This document shows positions 50,841-64,000 of a stretch of 64,000 bases of DNA, piece by piece (within the stretch, counting starts at the first letter, position 1; each line of letters opens with the position of its first letter). Below the pieces are notes generated by a model that did not search any database, was not told the origin of the DNA, and saw nothing but the letters and a program-made list of their open reading frames with translations. The stretch spans positions 5,270,001 to 5,334,000 of the forward strand of contig OZ024761.1 of assembly GCA_964016885.1 (NCBI GenBank), read 5' to 3'. The position numbers were made by a program, and so were the translations under genes. The stretch comes from Eledone cirrhosa (taxonomy: Eukaryota).

Positions 50841-53642
50841 ACCACTCAGTTCCCTAAACTACTCCAATACCCACCACTCAGTTCCCCAAACTACTCCAAT
50901 ACCCACCACTGAATTCCCCAAACTACTCCAATACCCACCACTCAGTTCCCCAAACTACTCCAATACCCACCACTCAGTTCCCCAGACTACTCCAATACCC
51001 ATCACTCAGTTCCCTAAACTACTCTAATACCCACCACTCAGTTCCCTAAACTACTCCAATACCCACCACTCAGTTCCCTAAACTACTCCAATACCCACCA
51101 CTCAGTTCCCCAAACTACTCCAATACCCACCACTCAGTTCCCCAAACTACTCCAATACCCACCACTGAATTCCCCAAACTACTCCAATACCCACCACTCA
51201 GTTCCCCAGACTACTCCAATACCCACCACTCAGTTCCCTAAACTACTCCAATACCCACCACTCAGTTCCCCAAACTACTCCAATACCCACCACTCAGTTC
51301 CCCAAACTACTCCAATACCCACCACTCAGTTCCCCAAACTACTCCAATACCCACCACTCAGTTCCCCAAACTACTCCAATACCCACCACTGAATTCCCCA
51401 AACTACTCCAATACCCACCACTCAGTTCCCCAAACTACTCCAATACCCACCACTCAGTTCCCCAAACTACTCCAATACCCACCACTCAGTTCCCCAAACT
51501 ACTCCAATACCCATCACTCAGTTCCCCAAACTACTCCAATACCCACCACTCAGTTCCCTAAACTACTCCAATACCCACCACTCAGTTCCCCAAACTACTC
51601 CAATACCCACCACTCAGTTCTCCAAACTACTCCAATACCCACCACTCAGTTCCCCAAACTACTCCAATACCCACCACTGAATTCCCCAAACTACTCCAAT
51701 ACCCACCACTCAGTTCCCTAAACTACTCCAATACCCACCACTCAGTTCTCCAAACTACTCCAATACCCACCACTCAGTTCCCCAAACTACTCCAATACCC
51801 ACCACTGAATTCCCCAAACTACTCCAATACCCACCACTCAGTTCCCTAAACTACTCCAATACCCACCACTCAGTTCCCTAAACTACTCCAATACCCACCA
51901 CTGAATTCCCCAAACTACTCCAATACCCACCACTCAGTTCCCCAAACTACTCCAATACCCACCACTCAGTTCCCCAAACTACTCCAATACCCACCACTGA
52001 ATTCCCCAAACTACTCCAATACCCACCACTCAGTTCCCTAAACTACTCCAATACCCACCACTCAGTTCCCCAAACTACTCCAATACCCACCACTGAATTC
52101 CCCAAACTACTCCAATACCCACCACTCAGTTCCTCAAACTACTCCAATACCCACCACTCAGTTCCCCAAACTACTCCAATACCCACCACTCAGTTCCCCA
52201 AACTACTCCAATACCCACCACTGAATTCCCCAAACTACTCCAATACCCACCACTCAGTTCCCCAAACTACTCCAATACCCACCACTGAATTCCCCAAACT
52301 ACTCCAATACCCACCACTGAATTCCCCAAACTACTCCAATGCCCACCACTCAGTTCCTCAAACTACTCCAATACCCACCACTCAGTTCCCCAAACTACTC
52401 CAATACCCACCACTGAATTCCCCAAACTACTCCAATACCCACCACTCAGTTCCTCAAACTACTCCAATACCCACCACTCAGTTCCCCAAACTACTCCAAT
52501 ACCCACCACTCAGTTCCCCAAACTACTCCAATACCCATAACTCAGTTCCCCAAACTACTCCAATACCCACCACTGAATTCCCCAAACTACTCCAATACCC
52601 ACCACTGAATTCCCCAAACTACTCCAATACCCACCACTCAGTTCCTCAAACTACTCCAATACCCACCACTCAGTTCCCCAAACTACTCCAATACCTACCA
52701 CTCAGTTCCCTAAACTACTCCAATACCCACCACTCAGTTCCCCAAACTACTCCAATACCTACCACTCAGTTCCCCAAACTACTCCAATACCCACCACTCA
52801 GTTCCCTAAACTACTCCAATACCTACCACTCAGTTCCCCAAACTACTCCAATACCCACCACTCAGTTCCCCAAACTACTCCAATACCTACCACTCAGTTC
52901 TCCAAACTACTCCAATACCCACCACTCAGTTCCCCAAACTACTCCAATACCTACCACTCAGTTCTCCAAACTACTCCAATACCCACCACTCAGTTCCCCA
53001 AACTACTCCAATACCTACCACTCAGTTCTCCAAACTACTCCAATACCCACCACTCAGTTCCCTAAACTACTCCAATACCCACCACTCAGTTCCCCAAACT
53101 ACTCCAATACCCACCACTCAGTTCCCCAAACTACTCCAATACCTACCACTCAGTTCTCCAAACTACTCCAATACCCACCACTCAGTTCCCCAAACTACTC
53201 CAATACCCACCACTCAGTTCCCCAAACTACTCCAATACCCACCACTCAGTTCCCCAAACTACTCCAATACCCACCACTCAGTTCCCCAAACTACTCCAAT
53301 ACCTACCACTCAGTTCTCCAAACTACTCCAATACCCACCACTCAGTTCCCTAAACTACTCCAATACCCACCACTCAGTTCCCCAAACTACTCCAATACCC
53401 ACCACTCAGTTCCCCAAACTACTCCAATACCCACCACTCAGTTCCTCAAACTACTCCAATACCCACCACTCAGTTCCCCAAACTACTCCAATACCCACCA
53501 CTCAGTTCCCCAAACTACTCCAATACCCACCACTCAGTTCCCCAAACTACTCCAATACCCACCACTCAGTTCCCCAAACTACTCCAATACCCACCACTCA
53601 GTTCCTCAAACTACTCCAATACCCACCACTCAGTTCTCCAAA
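50841..53642. repeat. 32-bp minisatellite, about 87 copies
   Basis: Unit CCACTCAGTTCCCCAAACTACTCCAATACCCA. Confidence 0.95.
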
Positions 53643-53709
53643 CTTCTTTGATATCCTTCTCAACTGTGGCCCCCAGTGCTGTGTAAAACACAAGAAACTT
53701 TATACTTAC

Positions 53710-53844
53710 AGGAAGCAAAGGGAAAAGCAATGAGCCAATGTTTGAGAGACAGTCACAGGCTGCAGCACATACTGGACTATTCTCCTCACACTGGAGTGCT
53801 GATAACAATGGACCACTGAGAAGATATTCCCAGAACTCCAACAC
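53710..53844 (-). CDS. HEATR6: HEATR6 exon (phase 0/0)
   Basis: ctatgacAG / GTAAGT. Encodes VLEFWEYLLSGPLLSALQCEENSPVCAAACDCLSNIGSLLFPLLP (vertebrate FWTMMLNGPLPRALQ..ASACDALSSI). Confidence 0.95.
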
Positions 53845-54740
53845 CTGTCATAGAAAAATAGATTTGACAACATTCAAAACTTATTGATCATTGAGTAATG
53901 TAAATAAAAAAAAGACTATGCTGGCTTCGGACTGGACATACACCTTTTTTTTCCCTTTTACATTTTAAAACTAACTCTATACGGAGCTAGTAAGTCATGT
54001 AAAGATACGAGTTGCTTCCCTTGTTTTAGCAAAACCAGTCCCACACTGTAAATGTGGTTGGTGTTAGGAAGGGCATCCAGCTGTAGAAAACCCGCCAGAC
54101 AGTCCTATGCGAGCAAGACAACCACTCTTGCCTCAAGTGGGAAAACTCCCGTCCAAACCCATGAAGCGTGGAACATGGACGTTAACGATGATGATGATGA
54201 TGATAAACGACAATTACATTACAAATGGAAACTTAGAAAATTGGACATTAAAACATTTTTGAAACTGGTAAGGACAAAAACTATTCTTTTTCATTGTGGA
54301 CAACACATGTGACACGTATCTTTGTCTTAACTATAATAAAGTAAGGAGTGCAGGACTGCGTCCAGAATATATCTTTTTACCCCGTTAGTAAAATAAGTTG
54401 GATTACTTTGAATAAATAATGAATGAATATTACATAATTTATGTGCTACATTTCGTGGCTGTTGATTAAATATATTTTATAGCTTAATCTTTAAAATTCA
54501 CTTCTTTAAAATTATCAAATATCAACACTTCCGATTAGCGGCCATTATATTATAACACTTATAATCGCATATATTTCCGTCGCTAATTTTCTCCTAATGC
54601 AGTTTATATATAATGTCGTCTTTTTTTTAATATATCATGGATTACTGATTACATAAGACAGTGTAACATAGGCTTTGTTCAATTTCTGTGTATATTGTCA
54701 ATTACGATGTTATTTGATGTATCATATTTACATGTATATA

Positions 54741-55083
54741 TGGAGGCACATGGCTTAGTGGTTAGAGCATTGGCCTTGCAATCGAAAGGTTGTGAGTTCA
54801 ATTCTCAGACCGGGTGATGTGTTGTTTCCTTGAGCAAGACACTTTATTTCACATTGCTCCAGTTTACTCAGCTGTAGAAATGAGATGATAGGGACTGGGG
54901 TCCCTATCATTCCACTGTAAAGTGGTCGTGGAGGTGCCACGGTAAAAAAGCACCCAGCACTCACTGTAAATGAGGTTGGTGTTAGGAAGGGCATCCAGCT
55001 GTAGAAATCAAGCCAGAATCAGTTCCCGTCTCACCCTTGCAAGCAGGGAAAAGTGGATGTAAAAATGATGATGATGATGATGA
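54741..55083 (+). mobile_element. Full-length CORE-type SINE
   Basis: Near-identical to 17851. Confidence 0.85.
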
Positions 55084-55199
55084 TATGTGTGTATAATATC
55101 AATATACACACTACACGTGCTAGCAGAAAACCACCCTATGGGTGGTTTTTCTGCTAGTATATATAAAATTCTTTGTCTATCCGTCTGTCTGTCTGTTCT

Positions 55200-55760
55200 A
55201 TTGCACAGATGATTCTATAGAAATAGTGGACAGCTTCCGTTACCTGGGTGACAAAATCAGCAGTGGTGGAAGGTGCTCTGAAAGTACAGTAGCTAGAGTC
55301 AGAACGGGATGGAAAAAGTTCAGAGAGCTTATACCACTATTGGCCGCTAAAGGGTTCTCTCTAAAAATGAAAGGCAGGCTGTATGATGCCTGCATACGAA
55401 CAACAATGTTGCATGGCAGTGAGACCTGGGCATTGTGTGCAGATGATATACGCAGACTGGAGAGGAACAAAGCTTGCATGCTCCGCTGGATGTGTAATAG
55501 TAATATACGTGAACGGCAAAGCATAAATGAGCTAAGGGTGAAATTAGGAATAAGAGGGATCAGATGTTGTTTACTCGAGAGAAGACTACGTTGGTATGGT
55601 CACGTGATGCGCATGGAAGACGACAGCTGTATAAAAAAGTGCAGGGCGATAAAAATAGACGGTAGCCACAGAGTAGGCAGACCCAGAAAAACCTGGGATG
55701 ACTTGATAAATTCCGACCTCACTTACACCTCTCCAAGACAATGTCACTGGACCGAATCTT
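55200..55760 (+). mobile_element. RTE/RTEX-like LINE 3' fragment
   Basis: IEIVDSFRYLG..GWKKFREL..KGRLYDAC..LHGSETW..RRLRWYGHVMRM..GRPRKTW. Confidence 0.88.
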
Positions 55761-57571
55761 TGGCGCTACACAGTAATACAGAAGACCCGCCTTGCCTAAG
55801 TACAAAGTGAAAGTTACAGGCACCTCGTAACAAAAATACACCCCTCCATCCCACTACCCCCACCCCATCCACATCTCCCCATTCGATATAAAGTTATGTT
55901 GGTACCACAACATCCAGTCCGAAATAAATGAGGTCGTGTAGGTGTCACGACAAAAAAACACACAGTCCACGCTGTAATGTGGCCGTGTAGGTAACACGGT
56001 AAAAACCTCCCAGTCCACACTGTAAACGCGGTTGGTGTTAGGAAGAGCATCCAGCCGTAGAAAACCCGCCAGACAGTCCTATGCGAGCAAGACAACCAAT
56101 CTTGCCTCAAGTGGGAAAATTCCCGTCCAAACCCATGCAAGCGTGGAAGATGGACGTTAAACGATGATGATGATGATGATAATGATTCCCAAACAGCTAA
56201 ACCAAATCAAATTAAATTTTACAAGGTAAGGGTTATCCCGGGAGTCACAACATATAATTTTTATTTTCATTTGGATTAAAACAATATAACATTTTATCTA
56301 AAATAATCTACTATAGACAACTATAAGTAAACGGACATTTTATAGACACGACGATGACGTCACATTCTGTATATGAGTGTGTGTGTTTGTGCGTTCATTA
56401 CGTACGTTACGCCTTAGCAAGTTACATACACACACATCATCACATAAATACTTCATCAGATACACAGAGAATTAAACACACGATTCGGACGCTGTTTTAC
56501 ACACACATACACATTTATATACAATAATCTATATCTGTATCTTACATATATAAAATTTTGGAACTTCCATCATCATTTTTAAAAACGTGGACCTGCTACT
56601 TCTATACAATGGCACACACTTTACAGCCAGGAGGAAGATGAACCATCTCCTATAGGTCTCTATTCTTGGAAGCAATCATCAAGGGAAAAACATATTTATT
56701 CCCAAGATTCCTCTCACATCCCTTCCTTTAATGAGCTGCCATTCAAATTCTCAAGACTTCCGTTCCTTGTTAGAGCCAGTTTTGCTATGACCAGAGTTTC
56801 AAAGTTGTAGAATTGAATAGAAGAGAATCACTTATTACCCATAGACAGTTATGTGTAGGTTGTCAACAAGTAGAAATACCTAGAAATTTTCATATACTCT
56901 GCACGAACGGTAAAACGAAGAATCTGGCGTATCTGGAAGATTTTTTACTATTTATTTTTTTGTAACACACACACACACACACTACGGTCTCACCTCATAC
57001 TGTAAACCAGACAAACATCCAATACAGTCATTTTCTCTTCAACCTGTCTTCTCTTATCTGTTTACTGGTGTTGGACATGCAAAAGTTACTCTTGCAAAAT
57101 GGAGATATTTAAAGGATGGGGACTTTGTGTGTGACTGGCATTGAACCACAGACTACACAGCACCTCCTGATATGACCCCTGCTGGAACACCTCTGCACAG
57201 TATTGGACTTGGCAGAGTTTAATGAGAAAGGACAGCAATGTGTTCAGCTGTGATGGAACCACATCTAGCCAAGCTTTGTAACTGATACTCTAGGGGACAC
57301 GACAGGAAGAAGAAGTTAAAGACTTTGGTAGTAGATGCTCACCAAAAGTGCTTCATAGTGAGATTAAACTCAGAACCACATAGATGCTTATATTATTATC
57401 TTTTTTTATTCTGCACATGGTACTGTAAAGTGGTAGTGGTGGTGACATGCAAACATACACCCAGTACACTCTGTAAAGTGACTACTGGTGTTAGGAATGG
57501 CACCCTGCTGTAGAAACCATGCCAAATATGGAATGTATGATCAAGTGGTGGTTAACGGGAAAGTTTAGTCT

Positions 57572-58862
57572 CAGAATGAGACACCCCCATTCTATCCAGA
57601 ATGAGACACCTCATTCTATACACAATGTGACACCCCATTCTATCCACAATGTGACACCCCATTCTATCCAGAATGAGACACCCCATTCTATCCACAATGT
57701 GACACCCCATTCTATCCAGAATGAGACACCTCATTCTATCCAGAATGAGACACCCCATTCTATACACAATGAGACACCCCATTCTATCCAGAATGAGACA
57801 CCCCATTCTATCCACAATGTGACACCCCATTCTATCCACAATGTGACACCCCATTCTATCCAGAATGAGACACCTCATTCTATCCAGAATGAGACACCCC
57901 ATTCTATACACAATGAGACACCCCATTCTATCCAGAATGAGACACCCCATTCTATCCACAATGTGACACCCCATTCTATCCACAATGTGACACCCCATTC
58001 TATCCAGAATGAGACACCTCATTCTATCCAGAATGAGACACCCCATTCTATACACAATGACACCCCATTCTATCCAGAATGAGACACCTCATTCTATCCA
58101 GAATGAGACACCCCATTCTATACACAATGAGACACCCTATTCTATCCAGAATGAGACACCCCATTCTATACACAATGAGACACCCCATTCTATCCAGAAT
58201 GAGACACCCCATTCTATCCAGAATGAGACACCCCATTCTATCCACAATGTGACACCCCATTCTATCCAGAATGAGACACCCCATTCTATCCACAATGTGA
58301 CACCTCATTCTATCCAGAATGAGACACCCCATTCTATCCAGAATGAGACACCCCATTCTATCCAGAATGAGACACCTCATTCTATCCAGAATGAGACACC
58401 CCATTCTATCCACAATGTGACACCCCATTCTATCCACAATGTGACACCCCATTCTATCCAGAATGAGACACCTCATTCTATCCAGAATGAGACACCCCAT
58501 TCTATACACAATGAGACACCCTATTCTATCCAGAATGAGACACCCCATTCTATCCAGAATGAGACACCCCATTCTATCCAGAATGAGACACCCCATTCTA
58601 TTCATAATGAGACACCCCTTTCTATCCACAATGTGACACCCCATTCTATCCAGAATGAGACACCCCATTCTATCCACAATCTGACACCCCATTCTATCCA
58701 GAATGAGACACCCCATTCTATCCAGAATGAGACACCCCATTCTATCCAGAATGAGACACCTCATTCTATCCACAATGAGACACCCCATTCTATCCACAAT
58801 GAGACACCCCATTCTATCCAGAATGAGACACCCCATTCTATACACAATGAGACACCCCATTC
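57572..58862. repeat. 24-bp minisatellite, about 54 copies
   Basis: Unit AATG(A/T)GACACCCCATTCTATCCA(G/C). Confidence 0.95.
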
Positions 58863-58987
58863 AATCGATGCCAGTCTGAAAGGTGGATGTAAAACCAATG
58901 ATAAACTATAAACACTATGTAAGGAGAAGTAGAATATAGTAGTGGTAGTGAGAACATAGGAGGACAGAGTTGAAATATTAACCCTAC

Positions 58988-59080
58988 CTGCGCCACAGTG
59001 AATATATCAGTGTTTGGCTCCGTAGTATTCTCGTTGCTCTGTAAATCTTGGCCCAGAACCTGAGTCAATTCATCAAGTAG
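58988..59080 (-). CDS. HEATR6: HEATR6 exon (phase 0/0)
   Basis: ttatttcAG / GTAGGG. Encodes LLDELTQVLGQDLQSNENTTEPNTDIFTVAQ (vertebrate LLEELGTGL..). Confidence 0.88.
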
Positions 59081-59731
59081 CTGAAATAAACAATAAACAA
59101 TTGTACCACCTTTATTAACCCTTTTGATAGAAAACTACCTGAAACTAACCCTTCTTCTATCATACAAAGCTGTCTATTGTAAGGTTTATATATTTATCTA
59201 AAAGTTATAATTTTATGAAAGAACCTCTGTTAAGTTACTGAATATTGGACGTGCTTTTCTATCGGAATATTGGACGTGCTTTTCTTCCAGAATTTGACCC
59301 TTAAAATCACTGAGTGTCTTATAAGGGGAAGGTCAGGTTTGGGGTAATTACCGTATGTAAAGATTTTATAACTAAAAAGTAGGAAATAGTTAGATGCAGT
59401 GGTTTTGAGGGTCAAATATTTGAAAGAAAGCATGTCCTATATTCCGAAAAATACAGTATGTTCCAAACACTTGGTTTAACACCACTACCTGGCCTTTGAA
59501 TATCTTTAGTGAAGGCCCCTCATTTGCAAGTATTGGGACCAGTTCTTCGTTTTGAGGATATCTTCCTCTCATGAATCTCAGAAGCTCTCAGACAGCTTTT
59601 TGGTACTGTTCTTCCATCTCTGGCTGAACAGTTAAAACAAAAATATATAGTGGGAGGGCATCATTAACAGATGGCACCACCAGTATTAAGGGGTACCAGT
59701 GGCCCAGAACTTCAATGCCACCCTAGTTTAA

Positions 59732-59979
59732 CCCTTTTGCTAACAATCCCCCTGAAATTGGATTTATGATACTAAATTGCTCATCTTAAAATGTCTATCC
59801 TTATATTAAAACCTTTCATCACAATATTATTTTAGAAAGTTTTCTTAAATAATGTTTTAAATATCTTACTAATGAAAAACTTAGATATCTTATGAAATTC
59901 TTCCAAATATTTAGTTATTTTCAAAATTAATTGAAACACATAGGCTGTATATTTCATTAGAAATACAGTATAGAAAGGG
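59732..59979. mobile_element. piggyBac-type MITE
   Basis: TTAA|CCCTTT ... AAAGGG|TTAA termini with TTAA target duplication. Confidence 0.7.
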
Positions 59980-60571
59980 TTAAGTCTGTTCTAAGCTGAA
60001 GGCTTATTAGGCCAGGGTTTATCTGCAGTTTCTTTGGTGTTAAGCAACTGAGAGTACAAGACTCTTCCTGGACAGGACGCTAGTCTATCGCAGGATTAAC
60101 TTCCCACTTACTGCTGGAACTCACTCTCAGCTGAGTGTACTAGAGCAATGTGAAATAAAATGTTTTGCTCAAGAAAACAACGCAGCCCCCTGTCCAGGTA
60201 TTGAACAAATGACATTATGATCGTAAGTACAACATCCTAACCATTAGGCTACGTGGCTTCATGAAGAAATAATTATGTCTAAAAGTCTAAAGTCTGTCTT
60301 AATCAGGAAGGCTCATTTGGCCGGTGCTTATCCCAGTTTCATGGCATGAAGCAACTGAGAGCACAAGACTCCTTCCCTGGACAGGATGCCAGCCCATTGC
60401 AGGGTTAAACCCACAGCTATTACTGGTACTCATTTTCAGTTGAGTATACTGGAGCAACATGAAATGAAGTGTTTTGCTCAAGAACACAATACACAACCCA
60501 GGAATCAAACCCATGACATTATGATCGTAAGTCAAACACCCTCACCACTAGGCCAAGCAGTAAACAAATAC

Positions 60572-60653
60572 CTTGATGGCATGAAGTTTGAGTACCACTT
60601 CACTGTCTTCCATACAGGCTTGAATCAAATCTCGTAGCAGGCCAACATCTTTC
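60572..60653 (-). CDS. HEATR6: HEATR6 exon (phase 2/0); most 5' exon recognised in the window
   Basis: ttttattcAG / GTATTT. Encodes KDVGLLRDLIQACMEDSEVVLKLHAIK (vertebrate [23 protein letters not shown]). Confidence 0.88.
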
Positions 60654-62189
60654 CTGAATAAAATATAATATAAAAACAAAACCAAAACAAGTTGAGTCAT
60701 TACCAAGATATCACAATCTACATGTCTCTATAATTTAGATGGGTCACCCTAAAACAGTCGATCGACAAGATCCCAAACCTCATTCACTTATCAAGTGTGG
60801 TGGAGCTCATCAAATCAGACTGAGGAAACAATGTTTCCGTTGGTCTTTCCAATTGTTAATACTATCTACTGGTTGCAAATCCAGACAGAAGGAGCAACAT
60901 GAAATAAAGTGTCTTGTTCAAGGATATAACGCATCACCCGATCCTGAAATCGAACTCACAACTTTTCGATTGCAAATCCAATTCTCTAACCACTCAGCCA
61001 CACATCTAAATACTGTTTTATCTCTTACCTTGCTACTCACCATTGATCTTGTAGCAGTGGCCTCCCTTGTTGTGACTCACAACCCCAATAGATTAACAAC
61101 ATCTAGATGGGAAGTAGAACCCTTTCTGTAACATCCGGTCAGAACCCTATAAAACTAACAACTTTAAGTTCTCACCCTCTCATTTGCCCTACCGGCGCCT
61201 GGCCTTTGCCAGGCGTCTTCTGCCAGCCTGCGTTTGCCTGGCAATCAAAACGGTAACTACTAACTTTGCTTCATTCTTTCATCTATTTCATTGACATGTC
61301 AACTATACTGTTAAATTGTTGATTAAATATTATACACACAAACAATGTCTCCTTGTTACATTTATACACACCGAGTTCTTCGTTATAATCTAAAGCAGTG
61401 ATTCCCAACAAAAGGCCCTCTTCTCTGATTTTAAAAACTAAAATTTCTTTCAACACACTGATGCGTATGTATATGTGTGTGTGTGTATGTGTGTATGTCC
61501 ATATGTATACATTTATATGTATGAGTATATAAATATAAATGCGCAAACACAGACACACTTACAAAAATTCACCACTCACAGATATACATTCACACAAACA
61601 CATATATACATTCACACATACATGTATTCACACAAACACACATACATTCACGCAAACCCATACATTTACACAAACACATACATACGCTCACAGAGTGTAA
61701 CACTTGGAACGCCAGCCACTGTTTTGCTATAGTTTTTTTACCATCTCCTTCCTTCCTTTTACACACATACATTCATACAAATACACACACACCCATTGCG
61801 TGACAGACAGAAGTTGTTCAAATTTATATATAGACTAGTTGCACCCCGTGTCGTCAAAAATGACAGCTAATTGTAATATCTATACATAATATAAAAAAGA
61901 AATGTTTGTTTGTTGGTTGGTTGGTTGGTTCGCGCTAACTCACACAAGTGATACAAACACACAAACACACAGCCAATGTGTGTAGCCAAATCGCTACACA
62001 AACACATACAGCTGTGACAAATCTTAGAACGCTGGACCTCTATAGTTTCTCATCCTCCTCCTTCCTCTGTCATCACATAGAGGTGTGTGTATGTAATAAT
62101 TATTTTTTCTAAGTGTCTGTTTATATATATGTATGTGTAGTTGCGTGTGTGTTTGTAATTCTATTATCTATGTATCTTTCTAAATAAAC

Positions 62190-62902
62190 ACTTCGTCATC
62201 TCCTCTGTGAGTTTCAGCGATCTGAGGTCAGTTCTTACCACCTCTGCCCATGTTTTTTGTGGTCTACTTCTACTGCGTCTTCCTTCTACTGAGATTTCTT
62301 GGCACTTCTTCATCCAGCGGTCATCCTCCATGTGCATCACATGTCCATACCAACGCAGTCTTCTTTCCCGTACACTACAGTTTATCCCTCTTATACCCAG
62401 TTTCTCTCTCAACACATCCATGCTTGGTTGTTCATGCACATTGACATTGCACATCCAACGGAGCATACTTGCTTCATTTCTCTCCAGCCGTCGCATATCC
62501 TCTGCAGTTGCCGCCCATGTCTCTCTACCATGCAGCATCGCGCATCTCACACAGGCATCGTATAACCGCCCTTTCGTTCGCAGGAAGAAACCCTTCGTTG
62601 TCAACAGAGGAAGCAGCTCCCTAAACTTCTTCCAACCCGTCCTTATTCTTGATACTATGGCCTCGGAGCACCCTCCTCGCTTGCTAATCTGATCACCTAA
62701 GTACCGGAAGCTATCAACCACCTCTATAGATCCCACCTGCATTTGAGAAATGTGTCTATCACTGCCAATTCTATCAAATTTACCTGTACATCTACTGCAT
62801 ATGTAGTTTTCCCTACCTGTTAGCTTCCCCGCTACCCCACTACACCTCTTGTGTACCCAAGATTTGCATTGTGTACATTTTATAGAATGTATGCCAACTC
62901 TA
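62190..62902 (-). mobile_element. RTEX-like LINE fragment with PHD-like finger
   Basis: SIKCTQCKSWVHKRC..YICSRC then IEVVDSFRYLG..RRLRWYGHVMHM. Confidence 0.88.
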
Positions 62903-63002
62903 ATATAATTTACACAAACACACATACACACACACACACAAACACTCACATAATCATAACAGCCAATAAGTGTAGCCAATTCGCTATACCTATATACACA
63001 CA

Positions 63003-63310
63003 CACCCCTTCCTTCCTCAGTCGACGTCATCACCCCTTCCTTCCTCAGTCGACGTCATCACCCCTTCCTTCCTCAGTCGACGTCATCACCCCTTCCTTCC
63101 TCAGTCGACGTCATCACCTCTTCCTTCCTCAGTCGACGTCATCACCCCTTCCTTCCTCAGTCGACGTCATCACCCCTTCCTTCCTCAGTTGACGTCATCA
63201 CCCCTTCCTTCCTCAGTCGACGTCATCACCCCTTCCTTCCTCAGTCGACGTCATCACCCCTTCCTTCCTCAGTTGATATAATCACCCCTTCCTGTCTCAG
63301 TCATCTCTAC
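63003..63310. repeat. 28-bp tandem repeat, about 10 copies
   Basis: Unit CGACGTCATCACCCCTTCCTTCCTCAGT. Confidence 0.95.
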
Positions 63311-63374
63311 TGCATTAGGGACAAATACACATGGCTATTGTGCCTAAAGTAGAAACAATTATATTAGTAGATGG

Positions 63375-63565
63375 GGTGGTGGATTAGCAGTATCGGTAGA
63401 GAGTCGGACGCCATGCTTTGCAGCATAGAGTTACCTCCCTTTATGGTCTGAGTTCAAATCCCGCCGAGGTTAACTTTGCCTTTTATCCTTACGGGGTCGA
63501 TAAAATAAAGTACCAGTAATGTACTGAGATAATTGTTGGCCTTGTGCCAATAGAAGAAACAAGTA
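63375..63565 (+). mobile_element. Meta-type tRNA-derived SINE
   Basis: AGCAGTATCGG..GAGTTCAAATCC..GGGGTCGATAAAATAAAGTACCAG. Confidence 0.8.
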
Positions 63566-63656
63566 TATTAGTAGACTGTTTTACAACCCCTACAGTGACT
63601 CCCAGATTGTTGTGGAGAGAATAACAACTGAGACATGTTTAGACTTAGTAAAGAAT

Positions 63657-64000
63657 GGCTACCCCCTGGTGAGTGGTTAGCTGACCAGTAGCACCTTGTA
63701 GAGGAGACCCAGGAGGGGGATAGCTACCCCCTGGTGCGTGGTTAGCTGACCAGTAGCACCTTGTAGAGGAGACCCAGGAAGGGAATAGCTACCCTCTGGT
63801 GCGTGGTTAGCTGACCAGTAGCACCTTGTAGAGCAGTCCCAGGAGGGGGATAGCTACCCTCTGGTGCGTGGTTAGCTGACCAGTAGCACCTTGTAGAGGA
63901 GACCCAGGAGGGGAATAGCTACCCTCTGGTGCGTGGTTAGCTGACCAGTAGCACCTTGTAGAGGAGTCTCAGGAGGGGGATAGCTACCCTCTGGTGCGTG
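63657..64000. repeat. 65-bp tandem repeat, more than 5 copies, runs off the window end
   Basis: GCTACCC.CTGGTGCGTGGTTAGCTGACCAGTAGCACCTTGTAGAGG recurs at 63658, 63723 and onward. Confidence 0.95.

Noticed and set aside
29636-58862. Universal G/T-rich sense-strand bias of HEATR6 intronic arrays
   Set aside because: The 29-bp and 48-bp arrays show the opposite orientation, so the pattern is not consistent
57519-58911. ETPHSIQN-repeat ORFs
   Set aside because: 24-bp minisatellite open on both strands and broken by a 2-nt deletion near 58058; no splice or homology support

Overview
This is AT-rich, repeat-dense eukaryotic genomic DNA. It is most likely an octopod cephalopod, inferred from the tRNA-derived CORE-type and Meta-type SINE families, the RTE/Penelope content and the long minisatellite-filled introns. 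Two spliced genes were reconstructed by hand, arranged tail to tail. (1) On the + strand are the last four exons (533-8442) of a chymotrypsin-type S1A serine protease. (2) On the - strand are the last twelve exons (60653 down to 19948) of HEATR6; all introns are GT-AG and phase-consistent. The rest is decayed transposable elements (R4/Dong-like, RTE, RTEX-like and CR1 LINEs, Penelope-like remnants, a Helitron fragment, a mariner, a piggyBac-type MITE, a solo LTR, many SINEs) plus about 20 tandem arrays. Nearly all long ORFs in the supplied track are repeat artefacts. Four observations stand out. One HEATR6 intron (29611-34470) has its own 5' splice junction tandemly amplified about 32 times and its own 3' splice junction about 58 times. 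Several arrays have been amplified from the 5' truncation points of retroposons. There are two Penelope-type minimal hammerhead ribozyme motifs. There is a symmetric, in-frame candidate poison exon carrying a single TGA. Copy numbers are span/period estimates, and homology calls come from recalled motifs, not database searches.
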